Assembly: GCA_023415795.1 (NCBI GenBank)
Contig: JAEZJG010000022.1
Coordinates: forward strand, 188,009 to 252,008
Origin: Bacillota bacterium
GTDB lineage: Bacteria > Bacillota > Clostridia > Christensenellales > SZUA-584
Length of the DNA stretch: 64,000 nt
Direction: 5' to 3'
Shown: positions 35,238-42,888 of the stretch, piece after piece
Layout: each line of letters opens with the position of its first letter
Position numbering within the stretch: the stretch's first letter is position 1
Translations under genes and position numbers: made by a program
Notes under the pieces: model-generated
What the model was told of the DNA's origin: nothing
Databases searched by the model: none
The model's input: only the letters and a program-made list of their open reading frames with translations

Positions 35238-35597
35238 TTAGTCTTTGTCGTTTTGTTTTGTTTTATCAAACCCCATGCTGATGGATATTGCCTCGTCAAT
35301 ACGCAGCATATCCTTTTCGCTTAGCCGCCCCATTTTTTTAATCAGCCTTGTCTTGTCGATGGTTCTGATCTGTTCGAGCAGCACCACGCTTTTCTCTGTC
35401 AGCACATCGCCGTCTATGATGATGTGCGTGGGCAGACGCGCCTTGCCAAGATTGGACGTTATGGCTGCGACGATAACCGTGGGACTAAATCGGTTCCCGG
35501 TATCGTTTTGTATCACAAGCACCGGGCGTATACCGCCTTGCTCTGATCCTGTGACGGGGTTCAAATCTGCGTAGTATATATCGCCTCGCTCTATCAT
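35238..35597 (-). CDS. mazF: type II toxin MazF/EndoA (PemK family mRNA interferase)
   Basis: [48 protein letters not shown]…LPTHIIID…[13 protein letters not shown] is very close to B. subtilis EndoA/NdoA as I recall it. Confidence 0.9.
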   Translation of the reverse strand: MIERGDIYYADLNPVTGSEQGGIRPVLVIQNDTGNRFSPTVIVAAITSNLGKARLPTHIIIDGDVLTEKSVVLLEQIRTIDKTRLIKKMGRLSEKDMLRIDEAISISMGFDKTKQNDKD

Positions 35598-35781
35598 ACG
35601 TCACCCCGCGCTATGCTGTTTTGGTTTCCAATATATAATATGAGGGGGAGACTCTATTTGTTAGCAGATTTTGCAGTAGTGGACAACCTGATTCGTCGAA
35701 GTATCTCGCTATAAATGGCGTTAGACGATACTCTTTAGCGCTTATTAGCCCTGTGAGGCGTTTTTGCGGATATAGCCCGCG

Positions 35782-36567
35782 CTACTTGAGAAGCTCCTGA
35801 GCGTTTTTATACATGATGCGATCGATGTCGGCTGCGGGCAGCGGCAGAGAGCTGATTCGCTTGATCTCATCGTCCGCATGCTTCCATGGCGAATCGGTAC
35901 CGAACAGCACATTTTCCGCGCCGTGCTTGCTGATCATGCGCGCCATGCCTTCATCGCCCAGCTTGTAGTGAGAATAACAGGTGTCAAGGTAAAGCGGCAG
36001 ACCCAATAGCACCTCCTCCACGTCACGCCAGAGTGCGTGGCTGCCCATGTGCGCGGCCACCAGCTGGATACCCGGCACATTTTGCAGCACAAGTCGCAGC
36101 ATCAGCGGCGTGCAATGCACGGGGGAAGGATAACCGACATCAACACCTGCGTGAATCACCACGATAAGCCCAACATCGCGTATGGCCTCGTAAAGCGGCA
36201 TCATGCGTCTTTCGTCGGCGAAGAAGTGCTGATAGTCTGGGTGCAGCTTAATACCCTTGAAGCCGTGCTGTTTGACCCATTCAAGGTTATTAACGAAGTT
36301 GGGATCGTCCGGGTGCGCTGCGCCAAAGAAACGAAGCATGTCCTGCTCTTGCTCCAGCGCCCAGGCGTTGATAACGGGTATTTGCGAGGGCTTGGTAGCG
36401 ACAGGCAGAACCACGCTGGCATCCACACCGCACTGCTCCATATGGCTGAGCAGCCCGGATACGGTGCCGTCGTGCGCTGCTGCCATGCGTGCTTTGTTCT
36501 CCAAAGTATCGATGGCGGCCGGTGCAATTCTGTCGTGGAAGCAATGTGTATGAAAGTCTATGACCAT
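35782..36567 (-). CDS. amidohydrolase-family (TIM-barrel metal-dependent hydrolase) protein
   Basis: Start at ATG 36567 (MVIDFHTHCFHDRIAP…, an HxH metal motif). …GFKGIKLHPDYQ… and …VVIHAG… are family-typical. Confidence 0.75.
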   Translation of the reverse strand: MVIDFHTHCFHDRIAPAAIDTLENKARMAAAHDGTVSGLLSHMEQCGVDASVVLPVATKPSQIPVINAWALEQEQDMLRFFGAAHPDDPNFVNNLEWVKQHGFKGIKLHPDYQHFFADERRMMPLYEAIRDVGLIVVIHAGVDVGYPSPVHCTPLMLRLVLQNVPGIQLVAAHMGSHALWRDVEEVLLGLPLYLDTCYSHYKLGDEGMARMISKHGAENVLFGTDSPWKHADDEIKRISSLPLPAADIDRIMYKNAQELLK

Positions 36568-36679
36568 GCGTATATTTCTCCGGTTGCTTTTCTCCAATTC
36601 TACTATACAAGCAGGAATAGGACAAGCCGAGACACTCTGGCGGAAAAAATGTAAGAGTTTTCGCCAGAGTATGCAGAGC

Positions 36680-37513
36680 TTAAAGCATGTCTTCGGAGAA
36701 TTCTACGCGTGTTCCGAACACATCCTTGATTGTCTCGATGATGCGTGCGTCAAAAAAGCGGTCTCGATTGTGCACAACAATCGAGAGCGGTGATATATTA
36801 ACCAGTGCAGACAGCAGGGCGTCGTCCTTTTCGCTGCGCGCGCCTGAGAAGCGGCTTTGCAGCAGACATAAACGGTCGTCCAGCAATACGTATTCGCCAT
36901 CGCCGTCCACACACAAATGAACCTGCCGCACACGCGGTATGCGAATTTTAACGAACAGCCGCAGTATCTCCACAAATTCTGCGTACTCCTTTTTGCGGAT
37001 ATGATCCTCCACACACCAGGAGAGCTCCTTTTCCCACGTCTCCAGATAATCCTTCATTCGAAAGCGCATGAAGCCTTCCAGTATGATGGTGCTCGTTTCA
37101 TTCTGCTGAAGCATTTCCGCAAGGCGCTGTTTAACGTCTACCTTGCACAGCGCCACCTCGTTTTTTTGGCCGGATTTACCGTACCAAAGGCGTTTGAGCG
37201 CACGCACAAGAATGTCGCACTGCTCCTTCTCAGACAGAAAGTTATACTTTTGCCGCAGCAAGCGCACCATATGACGAATCTGGAGGTTTTCCACGATGAT
37301 GTCGGCAAGCAGCGTGCAAAGCATCAGACGCTCCTTGCCGTGGTCGTTTTCGGAGTCCGTTACACAGACGCTGGCGATACGATTGCCGGCGTCGTCAATA
37401 TCATTTATGCTCACAAGGCAGCCCTGCCGCAGCGCATCATGCAGACGGTTTGTTATCAGCGGTGCCAGTTCAAGGCCCTGATCCTCAATACCCAAGATAA
37501 TATTCAAATCCAA
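36680..37513 (-). CDS. putative sporulation protein YtxC-like
   Basis: 277 aa. …TIILEGFMRFRMKDYLETWEKEL…VEDHIRKKEYAEFVEILRLFV… resembles YtxC. The TTG start is uncertain. Confidence 0.5.
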   Translation of the reverse strand: MDLNIILGIEDQGLELAPLITNRLHDALRQGCLVSINDIDDAGNRIASVCVTDSENDHGKERLMLCTLLADIIVENLQIRHMVRLLRQKYNFLSEKEQCDILVRALKRLWYGKSGQKNEVALCKVDVKQRLAEMLQQNETSTIILEGFMRFRMKDYLETWEKELSWCVEDHIRKKEYAEFVEILRLFVKIRIPRVRQVHLCVDGDGEYVLLDDRLCLLQSRFSGARSEKDDALLSALVNISPLSIVVHNRDRFFDARIIETIKDVFGTRVEFSEDML

Positions 37514-37739
37514 ATCACCCTTTTTTAGCCGTTCACTATAATCTATGCCGGGGCAAAATAAACGTTTCTCACATTAATTTTTGCAGACGGGCAAAATACT
37601 CTCGTTGTAAATTTTGTAAACAAGGCAATTGGGAAACATAAACAATACGTTGCGAATGCTATGGATGCCATGCTAATATGAACAAAAAGACGCGAAAATC
37701 AGGCAGGCAGGCTTGTATGCTCGGAAGGGACAATGTGTT

Positions 37740-38348
37740 ATGGAAGAGGAAAGAATTATCCAGGCGGCAAAACAATATGGTGAGCTGGCCGCAATGCTCA
37801 TGGCTTCCGCCGAGGAAGCAAAGCTGGATACCGAGGAGCCGGGCTACATTCGTGACGCGCTGCTGCGCTTATTTTATGTGGTTCGGCTGGACGAAAAGAT
37901 GGAGAAGTGTCAGGAACTGCTGACGGAGGAATCCGACGAGGAGACGGTGGAAGCGGTGATGGACGCGGCACAGGCAGTGCAGGAGGCATCGGACACTGTA
38001 TTTGGGCACGTGGAGGATTACAGTGCCGCTGACAGAGAATTTGAGGAGAAAATAGAGTCGCTGACGCTGGGTTCTCCGGAGGAAGGCTTAGACGATTTGC
38101 TTTGCAAGCTATACAAATGTGAGGGTATCATCCGGCTGGCATACCGCTGTGCAACGCGCTATCCCATGTACGGCGTTCAGGGCAGCATGTTTGGCGGCTC
38201 ACCGGATACGGAGCCGATAACTGATACAGAAAACCTCATTTCGCGAGACATGAAGGTGGATGTGCTGGCATTGCTGGAGGCCCGGGATAAGCTGATAGCT
38301 GCCATAGAGCCTTTAATCTCGGAAGTTGGGCAGGATGCGCCCGCATGA
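37740..38348 (+). CDS. hypothetical acidic cytoplasmic protein
   Basis: ORF with ATG 37740 (MEEERIIQAAKQYGEL…) after GGAAGGGA. It is Glu/Asp-rich, predicted helical, and matches no family I recognise. Confidence 0.45.
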   Translation: MEEERIIQAAKQYGELAAMLMASAEEAKLDTEEPGYIRDALLRLFYVVRLDEKMEKCQELLTEESDEETVEAVMDAAQAVQEASDTVFGHVEDYSAADREFEEKIESLTLGSPEEGLDDLLCKLYKCEGIIRLAYRCATRYPMYGVQGSMFGGSPDTEPITDTENLISRDMKVDVLALLEARDKLIAAIEPLISEVGQDAPA

Positions 38349-38379
38349 ACAGACGTGATAAAACCACAGGAGAGAAGAA

Positions 38380-39051
38380 GTGAAGTTGGCGATATTCGAC
38401 TTTGACGGCACGTTGTTTCCGCAGGATACACTGCCCTTTCTGTTGCGGCAGTGGCATGCGCAGGGGCGTTCATTTAAAAAGCTGGTGAAGGCTTATACTT
38501 CTGTGGGAATGCTGTATGTGCGCTATAAGCTGGGCGCACGCGGGCTCTCGCGCGAGATGATGCGTCGAACGGCGTTGCAACGTGTAACACGCATATTCGA
38601 CGGCATGAAGGAGCCGCAGGTGTCGGAATTCTTTCTGCAAAACGCAAAGCTGATTGTGCCGCTGCTGCGCGAATCGGTACTGATCGAGCTGAAAAAGGCG
38701 CAGTCAGAGGGCTTGCATACGGTGCTGCTGTCGGGCGGCTATCAGACGCTGATGGAGCATGTGGGCGCAATGATTGGCATCGATACCGTGGTGGCCACAA
38801 AGATATACTACAAGGACGGCTTCGCGGACACATGCCGCGGGCTGGATATCGTGTGCGGCGACGGCAAAGCCGACAGCATCATCGCTGCCTTTGAAGGACG
38901 CGAGGTAGACTGGCAGTCCAGCATTGCCTACGCAGACAGTTATTCCGATCTGCCGCTGCTGCGCATGGTGGGACAGCCGGTGGCGGTGTGCCCCGACAGA
39001 GACCTCGCTGCCATGCTGCCGGAGCTGGGCTGGCGCGTGATAGAGAAGTAA
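38380..39051 (+). CDS. HAD-IB family hydrolase (phosphoserine-phosphatase-like)
   Basis: GTG start after GGAGAGAAG. (M)KLAIFDFDGTLF is HAD motif I, and …VLLSGGY… and …YADSYSDLPLL… are motifs II-IV. Confidence 0.8.
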   Translation: MKLAIFDFDGTLFPQDTLPFLLRQWHAQGRSFKKLVKAYTSVGMLYVRYKLGARGLSREMMRRTALQRVTRIFDGMKEPQVSEFFLQNAKLIVPLLRESVLIELKKAQSEGLHTVLLSGGYQTLMEHVGAMIGIDTVVATKIYYKDGFADTCRGLDIVCGDGKADSIIAAFEGREVDWQSSIAYADSYSDLPLLRMVGQPVAVCPDRDLAAMLPELGWRVIEK

Positions 39052-39672
39052 TCAGCGCGGGTTTAGCTGACTGCCCCGCCGTATTGGTTTGCCATGCGCG
39101 GGGCACACCCATGTAAAGGGGTAGGCAGCTATCGCCTCAACGCTCTGAAGCATCATCTTATAATCCCAGTCCCAAGGAGCGGGGTATGGCACCAGCGCTC
39201 TTTTTTTATTTTCCAGCAGGTCACCCGCAAACAGCACGTCCTTGTATAAAAAACAAACGTGTCCCGGTGTATGACCGGGCGTGGGGATAACCTGTATGCC
39301 GTTGATGCTTGCATTGCTGTCAAACGGCTGCAGATTCTGCGGAACGGAGACGCGCATCAGCTTGCCGATATACCGCTTAAAGCTGTGGCGCGGCTGCTCA
39401 CCCGTGATGAACGGGATATCCTCGGCAGAGGCATGTACGGCTGCGCCCGTTTCGGTCTGCCAGCGTGCTGCGTTGCCGATGTGATCCACATCATGATGAG
39501 TCAGCAGAATGTGGCGGATATCCGAAAAGCCCAGCGTATCCAACTCGCGCCACATGTGCTTGCCTGCAAAGCTCATGCCCGTGTCAATCAGCACTGGTTT
39601 GGGTGTCAGCACCAGATACACATGGCTGTGGTGCGACGCGTCCAGCATGTAAACATTATCTGTAATTCTCAT
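39052..39672 (-). CDS. MBL-fold metallo-hydrolase
   Basis: …ILLTHHDVDHIGNA… (HxHxDH variant), …TPGHTPGH… and …CPAHG…. Confidence 0.8.
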   Translation of the reverse strand: MRITDNVYMLDASHHSHVYLVLTPKPVLIDTGMSFAGKHMWRELDTLGFSDIRHILLTHHDVDHIGNAARWQTETGAAVHASAEDIPFITGEQPRHSFKRYIGKLMRVSVPQNLQPFDSNASINGIQVIPTPGHTPGHVCFLYKDVLFAGDLLENKKRALVPYPAPWDWDYKMMLQSVEAIAAYPFTWVCPAHGKPIRRGSQLNPR

Positions 39673-39743
39673 AGCGTCACTATATCATAAATACTGCGGA
39701 ATCAGAAGATACAACGAGTCGATTGTGTCGTGCACGATGAAAG

Positions 39744-39803
39744 CAAAAAGAGGAAACCCACGCACGCCTGTGCGGCGCAAACGTGGGAATCCTCTTTGCC
39801 ATT
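39744..39803 (-). terminator. intrinsic terminator of the GH18/LysM gene
   Basis: Long imperfect hairpin AAAGAGGAAACCCACG…CGTGGGAATCCTCTTT. On the minus strand it is followed by TTTTTGCTTT. Confidence 0.6.
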
Positions 39804-39816
39804 TTTTAAGGAGTGC

Positions 39817-41112
39817 TTACGTTTCAGGAATTACCTTCACAATGCTGTACATGCTGGAGAGAACCTCCCAGTTCTGCGGGAATGATAATCCCAGCAGCCA
39901 ATAACTGATGCCGCGCAGGTCGTATTCGTTGACCAGCAGCAGCTTGGCGCGTACGCTCCGCGCGTCCTCGAACCACACCTCGTGCTGAACGCCGTTGGTA
40001 TCGTAATACTTAAACGTGGGGGCTTGTGTCTGTTCGTTAAACTGTATTGCCGCGCCCTTCTCAGCTGCCAGCCGGATGGCCTGCTGCGGGTCCAACCGCC
40101 GTGCCCAACGCCCGCCCGGCATGTAGGGCAGTGTCCAGTCGTAGCCGTACAGCGGCATACCCATCATGATCTTGCGGCTGGGCATCACAGAGGCGGCGTA
40201 GCGTATCACGCTTTCCACCTGATCGATGGGGGCGACTGCGTACGGCGGCCCGCCCGACCAACCCCACTCGTAGGTCATAATGATGACGAAATCGACGATC
40301 TCTCCATGTGCCTTGTAATCGTGCGCCCCATGCCACGAGCCGGTCTGAAGGTCAGAATCCTTGGGCGCGAGCGCGGTGGATACCACATAATTTTGCTCAT
40401 GCAGCGCGGCGGTGATGCGGCGCAGGAAATCGTTGTAGAGCTGGCGGTTTTCAGGCGATATACGTTCAAAGTCAATATTGATTCCATAGTAACCCTTGGT
40501 ATTCATAATGCTCAGCACATTGGCGATCAGTTTATCCTGAAGCATTGTATCCTTCAATATGCTGTCTACCAATGCTGTGTCGAAGTTGCCGTTGGAGAAG
40601 TTGGTGATGACGAGCAGCGGAGCGATGCGAAATTCGCGCGCGGTACGCAGCATGGTATCATCGTTGATGGGTGTCAGACTTCCATCTGCCTTTACCTGGT
40701 AGCTGAACGGAGACAGGTATGTGAGGTCGTTGCCCACTTCGCGAATGGTCTGTGCCTCCTTGTCGGGTGTGGACGGTTCAATATAGCCGTTTACCTCGAT
40801 GTACCCGTAGTTGCGCGCGCGCACGGGGATTCGCAGCGTTGTGCCTGGTGCTAATGCCTCGGGATTGGTGATGCCGTTTAGTGCGACTATGTCGCTCACC
40901 GTGGTGCCATAGCGCCGCGCAATCGTCCATAGTGTATCTCCGGGCCGAACAGTATGTACCGTCTCGCCGGTGGGTATCACCAGCGCCTGCCCCACAACCA
41001 AATAGGGAATATCCGACAATCCGTTAGCGGCGTATATAGCGTCGGCGCTTGCGCCAAACCTTTGGGCAATGCTGTACAGTGAATCACCCGGCTGCACCAC
41101 ATATATGTCCAA
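39817..41112 (-). CDS. spore peptidoglycan hydrolase, two LysM domains + GH18 domain (SleL/YaaH-like)
   Basis: Two LysM repeats (…YVVQPGDSLYSIAQRFGAS…, …HTVRPGDTLWTIARRYGTT…) and the GH18 catalytic motif YGINIDFE. The start is uncertain (TTG 41112 after AAAGGAAGTGAG). Confidence 0.8.
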   Translation of the reverse strand: MDIYVVQPGDSLYSIAQRFGASADAIYAANGLSDIPYLVVGQALVIPTGETVHTVRPGDTLWTIARRYGTTVSDIVALNGITNPEALAPGTTLRIPVRARNYGYIEVNGYIEPSTPDKEAQTIREVGNDLTYLSPFSYQVKADGSLTPINDDTMLRTAREFRIAPLLVITNFSNGNFDTALVDSILKDTMLQDKLIANVLSIMNTKGYYGINIDFERISPENRQLYNDFLRRITAALHEQNYVVSTALAPKDSDLQTGSWHGAHDYKAHGEIVDFVIIMTYEWGWSGGPPYAVAPIDQVESVIRYAASVMPSRKIMMGMPLYGYDWTLPYMPGGRWARRLDPQQAIRLAAEKGAAIQFNEQTQAPTFKYYDTNGVQHEVWFEDARSVRAKLLLVNEYDLRGISYWLLGLSFPQNWEVLSSMYSIVKVIPET

Positions 41113-41318
41113 AAAACTCACTTCCTTTATTTTTATTTGAGCGGTTAACCGCTTGTATATTATATGGAAAGCAGTAAAGGCTGGTTCGTGCATCTGCACT
41201 TTCGTATAATTTTTGGCATAAAAGCTTTATCACTTTTTGAGGTGGCTCAATATACTATATTATGCCGTGCCGAAAAGCGGCGCTGCCGCCGACAGAATTA
41301 TAAAACGGAGTAGAGTCA

Positions 41319-41762
41319 ATGGAATATTCACCGAGAGAGCTTTTTGCGCGTATGATCAAGTGCGAAGCCGGTGGTGAGGGGTTAAGCGGAATGCAAGCCG
41401 TGGCCTCGACCATTATGAACCGGGTACATGTGTCATACGGAGAATACTTACGGACGGGGCAGGGGGATTTGCGCCGTGTGCTGACCCAACCGGGGCAATT
41501 CACCTGCTATATGTCAACGGTAGGCGGTGAGTTTAATCCGCAAACCGTATGGAGCAGCCCTCCTGAACAGCTGCATTATGACGTGGCAGATTGGGCGCTT
41601 GCCGGAAACGTGCATTCCGGCGCTGTGGAAACGCTATGGTACATGAATCCGTTCAGCACCAATTGCCCACCCTATTTTCCATACAACCGCTCGGGCGTTC
41701 AGTTCAACAGGGTCAATCAGCACTGCTTTTATCAGCCCACGGCCTTGTATGCGCAAACATAA
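41319..41762 (+). CDS. cell wall hydrolase of the SleB/CwlJ catalytic-domain family
   Basis: …LFARMIKCEAGGEGLSGMQAVASTIMNRV… and …QPGQFTCY… are hallmarks of the spore cortex-lytic Hydrolase_2 domain. At 147 aa it is CwlJ-sized. Confidence 0.8.
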   Translation: MEYSPRELFARMIKCEAGGEGLSGMQAVASTIMNRVHVSYGEYLRTGQGDLRRVLTQPGQFTCYMSTVGGEFNPQTVWSSPPEQLHYDVADWALAGNVHSGAVETLWYMNPFSTNCPPYFPYNRSGVQFNRVNQHCFYQPTALYAQT

Positions 41763-41789
41763 AATTTCCTTATGAAAGGGGGATACCAA

Positions 41790-42770
41790 ATGTTAATGAG
41801 CCAACCGTATAATAATACGGCCGGGCAGGCCGGATGGTCACAAAGCGCGGGTGCGCAGAAGATGAACCCGGCAAGAGAGATGAAAATGACGGGGGAGAGC
41901 GTAATGCCTTACTCGCGGTCAACACCGAACATATCGCAGGTTCCCAATATGTCGTCAATGCCCAATGTGACGACATCACCAATGACGGGAGTATCGCCAA
42001 TGTCTAACACAGGCGTGTCGCCAATGTCCAACATGGGCGTGTCACCGATGTCTAACACAGGCGTGTCGCCAATGTCCAACATGGGCGTATCACCGATGTC
42101 TAACACAGGCGTGTCACCCATGTCTAACACAGGCGTGTCACCGATGTCCAACATGGGCGTGTCACCGATGTCCAACATGGGCGTATCACCGATGTCCAAC
42201 ACGGGCGTGTCGCCCATGTCGAAGATGGGCGTATCACCGATGTCCAACACGGGCGTGTCGCCCATGTCGAAGATGGGCGTGTCACCGATGTTTAACACTG
42301 GTGTATCACCGATGACCAAGATGGGTGTATCGCCGATGAACTCGGATGTGTCGCCAATGACCAAGACGGGTGTATCGCCGATGAACACGGATGTATCGCC
42401 GATGACCAAGATGGGTGTATCGCCAATGAACACGGATGTATCGCCCGCCACCAAGAACGGTGGCTCCATGATGGGTGTTGCTGGAGCTGCTTCACCGGGC
42501 TTCGTAGCAAGGAATGGTGCAGTTTCACCGGTGGCAATGGAAACGCCTACGACAGTGGAAAGCCCGTATTATACCGCGGGTTTCTTAAGAAACTTTCTTG
42601 GCAAGAACATGCGCGTCGAATTCCTGATCGGTACGACGGGACCGTTGGTGGATAGAATCGGCGTGCTGGTGGAGGTAGGTGCCAGCTACATCGTACTGAG
42701 ACCCTATCTGACAGATGATCTTCTGATGTGCGATTTATACTCGATTAAGTTTGTCACGATCTATGGTTAA
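41790..42770 (+). CDS. GerQ-like spore coat protein with an expanded N-terminal octapeptide-repeat region
   Basis: The C-terminal ~80 aa (…YYTAGFLRNFLGKNMRVEFLIGT…GVLVEVGASYIVLRP…LLMCDLYSIKFVTIY) follows the GerQ (YwdL) C-terminal pattern. It lies immediately downstream of a CwlJ-like gene, as in cwlJ-gerQ operons of the B. cereus group. ATG 41790 follows AGGGGG. Confidence 0.55.
   Translation: MLMSQPYNNTAGQAGWSQSAGAQKMNPAREMKMTGESVMPYSRSTPNISQVPNMSSMPNVTTSPMTGVSPMSNTGVSPMSNMGVSPMSNTGVSPMSNMGVSPMSNTGVSPMSNTGVSPMSNMGVSPMSNMGVSPMSNTGVSPMSKMGVSPMSNTGVSPMSKMGVSPMFNTGVSPMTKMGVSPMNSDVSPMTKTGVSPMNTDVSPMTKMGVSPMNTDVSPATKNGGSMMGVAGAASPGFVARNGAVSPVAMETPTTVESPYYTAGFLRNFLGKNMRVEFLIGTTGPLVDRIGVLVEVGASYIVLRPYLTDDLLMCDLYSIKFVTIYG
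41985..42455 (+). repeat. in-frame tandem repeat, about 20 units of 24 nt (GVSPMSN[T/M]), degenerating to alternating 21/24-nt units at the 3' end
   Basis: Read directly from the sequence: ACAGGCGTGTCGCCAATGTCCAAC / ATGGGCGTGTCACCGATGTCTAAC and so on, with synonymous third-position variation between units. Confidence 0.95.
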
Positions 42771-42814
42771 GATGTACTGAAAGACTAGTGTTATTACCGA
42801 ACATAATACAACAT

Positions 42815-42849
42815 AGGCACCGGGGAAAAATCCCTGTGCCTTTTGTTTT
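42815..42849 (+). terminator. intrinsic terminator after the gerQ-like gene
   Basis: AGGCACCGGGG-AAAAA-TCCCTGTGCCT hairpin followed by TTTGTTTTG. Confidence 0.6.
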
Positions 42850-42888
42850 GCATGCCGTGATAGTGAAAGTGCCATGCGATTATGAAGA

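Noticed and set aside
37678-37923. 81-aa ORF (MNKKTRKSGRQACML…) upstream of and overlapping the acidic-protein gene.
   Set aside because: It is in a different frame from the longer 37740-38348 ORF, has an Arg/Trp/Cys-rich improbable composition, and has no RBS.
41909-42469. Minus-strand ORF encoding (GDTPVLDI/GDTPMLDI)n repeats.
   Set aside because: It is an antisense shadow of the GVSPMSN repeat region. The plus-strand frame continues into a recognisable GerQ-like domain with an RBS and a terminator, and the minus frame has neither.
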